Under the pieces are notes generated by a model. It was not told the origin of the DNA. It did not search any database and saw only the letters and a list, made by a program, of their open reading frames with translations. 64,000 bases of DNA from Gammaproteobacteria bacterium (GTDB taxonomy: Bacteria; Pseudomonadota; Gammaproteobacteria; JAJDOJ01), in NCBI GenBank assembly GCA_022340215.1, contig JAJDOJ010000164.1, positions 290 through 64,289 of the forward strand. The letters are read 5' to 3'. This document shows positions 60,297-64,000 of this stretch, in pieces. Both the position numbers and the translations under genes were made by a program. How positions within the stretch are numbered: the stretch's first letter is position 1; each line of letters begins with the position of its first letter.

Positions 60297-60465
60297 TTTG
60301 GCTGCGAATCACCCGCCCCACCGTCGCCGAGCGCAGACCAAAAGGATCGGCAATCGCGCGGTAGCTGTAGACGCCAGTGGCATACGCCGCAACAATGGCG
60401 GCATTGCGCTCGCAGTGCTTGGCGGCTACCGCCTCCAGCGGAGCCGAGGGCCTTCTGCGTTGGGT
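60297..60465 (-). pseudogene. C-terminal fragment (DnaA-like HTH) of a RAYT/IS200-like Y1 transposase-family protein
   Basis: RRRPSAPLEAVAAKHCERNAAIVAAYATGVYSYRAIADPFGLRSATVGRVIRS aligns with the C-terminus of the longer fragment at 63072..63647 (RRPVSRPLTWYFDKHRDRDTAIFEALNSGGYNMREISEHGGLPYSRIGRIV). There is no start, and the stop is lost. Confidence 0.55.
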
Positions 60466-60481
60466 CCTTGAGACATTCAAC

Positions 60482-60544
60482 ACGTAGCGGTCTTGCCATG
60501 GAGGCAGTCTACTCGAGCCACAGTCACGGGACAAGACCTGACCC
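60482..60544. repeat. REP-like 63-bp hairpin repeat, copy 1
   Basis: Identical to 63678..63740: acGTAGcggtcttgcc...ggacaagacctgaccc. It has a GTAG head and a stem ggtcttgcc/ggacaagacc. It sits exactly at the truncation point of ackA. Confidence 0.6.
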
Positions 60545-60547
60545 TCA

Positions 60548-60838
60548 GACTGACCCCACACGGTGCCCGATCGCGGCCAGCTCATTGATATCGTCCATCA
60601 CGTCCGACTCACGCATCGCCTGCCGGATCAGCCCGAACGCAGCATGATGGACCGCGACCGTCTGTTCGTAGACGCGCTTTTGCTGTACGCCCTGTGTGTC
60701 GAGCCAGCCGTGTTTCAGCCGGCTCCCGCTCTCGCCGATACGGTCGAGCACGCCCGAAGTCAGCACACACCGGGCGTCCATCTCGAACAGCTCGTATTTT
60801 ACCGACGAGCTACCGCAGTTAATCACCAGGATATTCAT
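60548..60838 (-). pseudogene. ackA: Acetate kinase, N-terminal 95 codons only (3' end truncated at the REP-like repeat)
   Basis: MNILVINCGSSSVKYELF...AAIGHRV matches the AckA N-terminus. Homology ends at about 60552, and translation runs into the repeat and stops at 60545. AckA is normally about 400 aa. Confidence 0.7.
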
Positions 60839-60842
60839 TCGG

Positions 60843-62957
60843 TCAATCTTTCTGCGCCTGGATCGCGGTGATCGCGACCGTGCTCACGATGTCCGGCACG
60901 GTACATCCGCGGCTGAGGTCGTTCACCGGCTTGTTCAGGCCCTGCAATACCGGGCCGATCGCCAGCGTATTCGCGAAGCGCTGCACCGCCTTGTAGGTGT
61001 TGTTGCCGGTGTTCAGGTCCGGGAAGATACACACGGTCGCCCTGCCGGCGACTTCGTTCGTGCCCGCATCGCCACCCTTCACCTTGGTTTTCGCCACCGA
61101 CGCATCCACTGCGGCGTCGTACTGGATCGGTCCGGCGATTTTCAGGTCCGGTCGCTGCCGCCGGACGATCCCGGTGGCCTCGCGTACCTTGACCACCGCC
61201 GCACCCTTGCCGGATTCGCCGGTGGAATAGGACAGCATCGCAATGCGCGGTTCGACACCGAACTTCATCGCCGTGTCCGCCGAATTGATCGCGATATCCG
61301 CGAGCTGCTCCGCGTTTGGGTTCGGATTGATCGCGCAATCGCCGAACACCAGTACCCGGTCCTGCAGGCACATGAAGAACACGCTGGACACGATCCGGGC
61401 GCCGGGTTTGGTCTTGATGGTTTCGAACGACGGCCGGATGGTGTGCTGCGTGGTGTGCACGGAGCCGGACACCATTCCGTCGGCGAGACCGTGATACACC
61501 ATCATCGTGCCGAAGTAGCTGACATCGGCCATCGCATCGCAGGCCATTTCCTTCGAGATACCCTTGTGCCTGCGCAGGTCGTAATAGGTCTGTGCGAACT
61601 GCTGGCGCAGTTCGGATTGCAGCGGGTCGATGATGTCGACGACGCCATCCAGGTGCAGACCGAGTTCGTCGATTTTGGCGCGGATTTCATCCGGGTTGCC
61701 GAGCAGCGTGATTTTCGCGACATCTCGCAACACCAGAATTTCGGTGGCGAGCAGAATGCGCGGTTCGGTGCCTTCGGGCAACACGATATGCCGGCGCTGC
61801 ACGCGCGCCTTGCGGATGAGTTCGTACTCGAACATCAGCGGCGTGACCCGTGTCGACTGTGTGGTACTGATGCGTTGCAGCAACTTATCGGCTTCGATGC
61901 CGGCCTCGACGATGCCCAGCGCGAGCGCGAGCTTGCGTTCATTACCGGCGCTCAGGCTCGCGGTCACCGCGTTGACGTTCATCGCGGTATTGAATGTGTC
62001 GGTCGATACGCTCAGCACCGCAACCGACACGTTGCCGAGTCCGTCGATCAGCCTCATGATTTCCTTCGCGGGCATCTGGTTGCCGGTCAGCAGCAGTCCA
62101 GCGATCTGCGGATACACGCGCGACGGAAACGACATCAGGCTGCCGAGGATAATATCGGAGCGGTCGCCCGACGTGATGATCAGGCTGTTCGCCTCGATGT
62201 AATTCAGAAAATCCGGCAGCAGCATTGACGCGACCTTGTAGTTGTGCACCTCGCGCTTCAGCGCATCCGGTCCGCAGTACAGGCATTCGGCTTCGAGCGC
62301 GTTCGCGATGTCCCACATCGTGGGCTTGCCAAGCGAGGGGTTTTCAGCGAGCACATACAGCGGCGCGGCCATGCCCAGTGAGCGCTCAACCGCGTACCTG
62401 ACCTGCTCAACCTGCGCCGCATCCACTCTGCTCAGCACGGCAGCAAGAATGTCGCAATCGCGTTCTTCGAGTAAATGAATGAACGCCCTGGCCGCATCGA
62501 CGATCTGCTCCGCGTCGCGCAGATAACCTTTCACGACCGGCATCACATAACAGCCCAGGTTGTTGGCCACGTCCGCGTTGAAGTCGAATTCGAGCGCAGC
62601 GTCGACACCGCTGAAGTCGGTGCCCAGGCAGACAATGTGATCACAATGCACTTGCAGGGATTTGAATTTTTCCAGGATGACCTTGAGCAGGTCATCCTGG
62701 CGATCCCGGGTGATGTAGTCCCTGGCCTGTTCGTGACTGCAACCGAACATCATTTCGAACGGTTGACTCAACGAATAACGCGCAGTCATCAGCTCGATGA
62801 TCGGATCGCCTGAGTGCTCACTGCGAATGACGGGACGGAAAAAGCCCAGACGATTGGTCTGTGTAGACAGCAGTTCCATCAGCCCGAGCGCGACCACGGA
62901 CTTGCCACTTTTCGCTTCCGCGCCGGCCACGTAAATATTCTGTGTCATTGTTCTCAA
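60843..62957 (-). CDS. pta: Phosphate acetyltransferase (long form with N-terminal DRTGG/P-loop-like domain)
   Basis: 704 aa. The C-terminal PTA_PTB domain ends ...GLNKPVNDLSRGCTVPDIVSTVAITAIQAQ. It lies immediately upstream of the ackA remnant. Confidence 0.88.
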   Translation of the reverse strand: MRTMTQNIYVAGAEAKSGKSVVALGLMELLSTQTNRLGFFRPVIRSEHSGDPIIELMTARYSLSQPFEMMFGCSHEQARDYITRDRQDDLLKVILEKFKSLQVHCDHIVCLGTDFSGVDAALEFDFNADVANNLGCYVMPVVKGYLRDAEQIVDAARAFIHLLEERDCDILAAVLSRVDAAQVEQVRYAVERSLGMAAPLYVLAENPSLGKPTMWDIANALEAECLYCGPDALKREVHNYKVASMLLPDFLNYIEANSLIITSGDRSDIILGSLMSFPSRVYPQIAGLLLTGNQMPAKEIMRLIDGLGNVSVAVLSVSTDTFNTAMNVNAVTASLSAGNERKLALALGIVEAGIEADKLLQRISTTQSTRVTPLMFEYELIRKARVQRRHIVLPEGTEPRILLATEILVLRDVAKITLLGNPDEIRAKIDELGLHLDGVVDIIDPLQSELRQQFAQTYYDLRRHKGISKEMACDAMADVSYFGTMMVYHGLADGMVSGSVHTTQHTIRPSFETIKTKPGARIVSSVFFMCLQDRVLVFGDCAINPNPNAEQLADIAINSADTAMKFGVEPRIAMLSYSTGESGKGAAVVKVREATGIVRRQRPDLKIAGPIQYDAAVDASVAKTKVKGGDAGTNEVAGRATVCIFPDLNTGNNTYKAVQRFANTLAIGPVLQGLNKPVNDLSRGCTVPDIVSTVAITAIQAQKD

Positions 62958-63071
62958 TACTCTTGAGTCGGATTCGCCGCCCGGAATATCCAGGCCGGTC
63001 GGCAGTGTCTACACCCCCGTCATCAGGCTCTGATGGAATCAGGCGGTACCTATCGTGCAGCACAAACAGGG

Positions 63072-63647
63072 TCAGGTCTTGTCTCGTGCCTTTTCAGGTA
63101 GATTCACAATTCTGCCGATCCTGGAATAAGGTAATCCACCATGCTCGCTAATCTCTCGCATATTGTAGCCTCCACTATTCAAGGCTTCGAAAATCGCAGT
63201 ATCGCGATCTCGGTGTTTGTCGAAATACCAAGTCAACGGCCGGGACACGGGCCGTCGTTGCGTCTTGGGGATTTCACTCAAGCGTCGGTCTGCGTCTATT
63301 TTGCGCTGCATCGTATCCACAAATGCATCTGAATCCAGATAGATTTGATTCTTGAGTTCTTGCCAGGGGAAAGGCCGATTCTTTCCGTCGGCGACAAACC
63401 GTCGGTACGCGGTCTGTGCCTGTTGCTTGCGTTCGGCGAACGCGGCCAGTATCCAGTCGATCTCCAGCCAATTGGGCACCACGGTCATTCCTACCGTAAC
63501 CCGATAGTTGCTCCAGGGCCAATCCCGTGCCGTGCGTACCATGCGGGCGCGAACGGGATTGAGAACGATGTAGCGAGATAACTCCAACAGATGATCGTCT
63601 TTTTGTACCAAGATGGCCTTGTATCGGCATTGATAGACGTGTCCTAC
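63072..63647 (-). pseudogene. 5'-truncated RAYT/IS200-like Y1 transposase-family gene (catalytic HuH N-terminal part missing; C-terminal DnaA-type HTH retained)
   Basis: It begins immediately after an in-frame TAG with GHVYQCRYKAILVQKDDHLLELSRYIVLNPVRARMV...WPWSNY (conserved core of the family). No start codon. The REP-like repeat lies 30 nt upstream. Confidence 0.65.
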
Positions 63648-63677
63648 CTACCCGATAAGGGCTCCAGCAAACTCTAT

Positions 63678-63740
63678 ACGTAGCGGTCTTGCCATGGAGG
63701 CAGTCTACTCGAGCCACAGTCACGGGACAAGACCTGACCC
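63678..63740. repeat. REP-like 63-bp hairpin repeat, copy 2
   Basis: Exact copy of 60482..60544 in the same orientation. Confidence 0.6.
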
Positions 63741-63812
63741 CCGCTTGCATACAGGAACGCGACCCGTTATCGCTAAGATGCCCGCGGTAACCCGACGATC
63801 TGGCGGCGCAAC

Positions 63813-64000
63813 TACTTCGCGAAGGTCCCAACGAGTTCCGCTTGGGCTATGACATGACCCTGCATTGCCGCTTCGATTCTGGCTTTGGTCGGCGTTTTCA
63901 TCTCCTCGAGCTCGAGGTCCAGCGCATAAAGCTTATGGAAATAGCGGTGTCGTCCGATGGGTGGGCAAGGGCCTCCGTATCCGGCACGTTTCCAGTCGTT
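63813..64000 (-). CDS. YbhB/YbcL (PEBP, Raf-kinase-inhibitor-like) family protein, C-terminal part (the gene continues beyond the window)
   Basis: The reverse translation ends ...GYGGPCPPIGRHRYFHKLYALDLEL...AMQGHVIAQAELVGTFAK*, which is the conserved PEBP C-terminus. Confidence 0.6.

Noticed and set aside
1-64000. Scan for tRNA/rRNA genes, CRISPR arrays, integrases, restriction-modification, toxin-antitoxin or other defence modules
   Set aside because: No tRNA-like T-arm/acceptor patterns appear in the intergenic regions, and no direct-repeat/spacer arrays. No nuclease, ATPase or methylase candidate genes lie outside housekeeping families. The only mobile-element signatures are the MITE-like and REP/RAYT remnants reported above.

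Overview
This is high-GC, gene-dense bacterial chromosomal DNA with gammaproteobacterial gene order (truA-trpFBA-accD-folC-dedD-cvpA-purF, fimV-asd-leuBDC, efp/epmA/epmB, parC-parE). Most of the window is conserved housekeeping genes. There is no CRISPR array, rRNA or tRNA, and no classical defence island. Regions that look accessory or unusual:
(1) 1-8.3 kb: a truncated secreted SGNH-hydrolase gene, then a minus-strand CDP-sugar biosynthesis operon (rfbF plus four tailoring enzymes, with no rfbG/rfbH), bounded by a 1.37-kb AT-richer gap with no credible ORFs.
(2) 10.5-13.2 kb: an intact arylsulfatase with a non-canonical CTAGR formylglycine motif, then a decayed tandem sulfatase paralog, then a candidate 24-aa membrane micro-protein that has a strong RBS and a downstream hairpin.
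(3) 16.5-18.3 kb: a membrane-anchored J-like protein (QPD instead of HPD) with a C-terminal NTF2-like domain.
(4) 47.5-51.6 kb: a large PilZ-domain protein immediately upstream of a FimX-like degenerate REC-PAS-GGDEF-EAL protein, a putative c-di-GMP receptor pair.
(5) Two about 175-bp MITE-like elements with imperfect terminal inverted repeats, at 35.08 kb and 58.07 kb.
(6) 58.2-64 kb: a decay zone. Two identical 63-bp REP-like hairpin repeats each sit next to a truncated RAYT-type Y1 transposase fragment, and they bracket pta and a 5'-truncated ackA that is cut exactly at the repeat boundary. A garR-like gene fragment and other remnants lie nearby.
Many long antisense ORFs in the ORF track are high-GC artefacts and are rejected below.
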